NCBI RefSeq assembly: GCF_963921235.1
Contig: NC_086097.1
Span: 178,872,001-178,932,000, forward strand
Length of the DNA stretch: 60,000 bases
Direction: 5' to 3'
Source of the DNA: Mobula hypostoma
Taxonomy: Eukaryota
The translations under genes were made by a program, and so were the position numbers. Below are positions 58,750-60,000 of this stretch, in pieces. Each line of letters opens with the position of its first letter. Position 1 is the first letter of the stretch. The notes beneath the pieces are model-generated. The model was not told where the DNA came from, ran no database searches, and was given only the letters and a program-made list of their open reading frames with translations.

Positions 58750-60000
58750 TAACTTGATTCATTATTGTCACACGCACTGAGATACAGTGAAAAACGTTGT
58801 TTTGCCTGCTGTGCATACAGATCATTTCATCACATCAGCCCATCGAGGTAAGTCAAAGAAAAACAAGAACAGAATGCAGAATAAAGTGTTAGTTATAGAG
58901 GAGCTAGGGATTATTGAGAACATGCACCACCAGTGTCAGGGACAGTTTCTATCCTGCTGCCATTAGGTTCTTGAATGGACCTCTCATGTGATAAAAGGAG
59001 AGGACAGTCCTAAAGGCTTACTCTACTGTACATGTATGTACAGGTGCATTGAAAAACTTACTTACAGAAGCATCACGGACACATTGCATCAGATAAGCAG
59101 CATTGGGAAGAAAATATAAATATAAACTATACTCAATTTCTATGAGAAAGAACATAATTAGACCAAAAATACAAACTCCATTTTAGTGAAAAATGATCAA
59201 CGTGGATATAGTGTTGCTAAGCTGTAGTGATTAAGATTGTGCTAATTTGTTCAAGGATGAGGGGAAGTAGCTTCTTGAACCTGGTGAAGTAAACTTCAGG
59301 TTTTTTTACCTCCTGCCCAATGGTAGCTGTGAGAAGCTGGCATGACCAATGTGGTGAGGATTTTTGGTGATGGATGTTGCCTTCTTGCGCCAGTGTCTCT
59401 TCTGCATGCTGCTATCGGTGGTGAGTAATGTGCCCTTGTTATATTTGTGCATTCAAGTTGCTGTAGCAGACCATGATGTAACCAGTCAGGATAGTTAAGT
59501 CTATCTGCAGAGGTTAAGAGTGTTCGGTGACCTTCCTTAACCTTCTAAGAAGAAATTCGTCATGACCCTTAGCAGTTTTTACCATGGAAAGCGTCTGGAT
59601 CCAACGTGGCTTGTATGGCAACTACTCCACCCGTGCCTGCAGGAAACTGCAGAGGGTTGTGGACACAGCTCGGCACATTACGGAAACCAGCCTCCCTTCT
59701 ACACACTCTGTCTACACGTCTTACTTCCTTCGTGCAGCAGCCAGTGTAATCAAAGACGCCACCCACCCCAGATCTTTTCTCTCTCCTCTCTCCCATCGGG
59801 CAGAAAATACAAAAGCCTGAAAGCACACACCACCAGACATCCCTCTCACAATCAGACTCTTGAACGGACCTTCTGCCAGATAAGGTGCACTCTGGGCTTT
59901 ACAGTCCAGCTCGTTATGATCTTGCACTTTCATGTTTACCTGCATTGGACTTTTTTTTTGGAGTTTTTGCAATTTATTCTGCATTGTTATTGTTTTACCT
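58750..60000. mobile_element. Cluster of Rex1/Babar fragments (- to ~59560, + 59560-60000)
   Basis: ORF 59584-59820 'RKLQRVVDTARHITETSLPS...AASVIKDATHP'. Confidence 0.75.

Overview
This is eukaryotic, repeat-dominated non-coding DNA. The repeat complement (CR1 LINEs, Rex1/Babar, Penelope-like elements, V-domain and Deu-domain SINEs, Tc1 remnants) suggests a cartilaginous fish, probably a ray or skate; this is inference from remembered repeat families, not a database result. I recognise no host protein-coding exon, rRNA, tRNA or CRISPR array, so the window looks like a large intron or gene desert. Main contents: (1) a young ~3 kb CR1 ORF2 copy with three lesions and a 9-bp target-site duplication (TSD); (2) several Penelope-like elements with GIY-YIG endonuclease remnants, four of whose pseudo-LTRs carry intact minimal type I hammerhead ribozyme cores, one insertion being an inverted pair with a 15-bp TSD; (3) a 5.7 kb 30/39-bp tandem array with higher-order duplications that grew in place from a CR1 3' UTR; (4) two oppositely oriented 33-bp arrays, probably SINE-derived, flanking an AT-rich enhancer-like island; (5) a ~430 bp foldback element whose arms contain Tc1 transposase coding sequence; (6) a decayed two-LTR Gypsy element and a long decayed Rex1/Babar element; (7) several unique islands rich in homeodomain motifs, and one hairpin-dense island with partial HDV-ribozyme-like topology. 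Boundaries of old repeats are approximate, and not every small CR1 or Rex fragment is listed.
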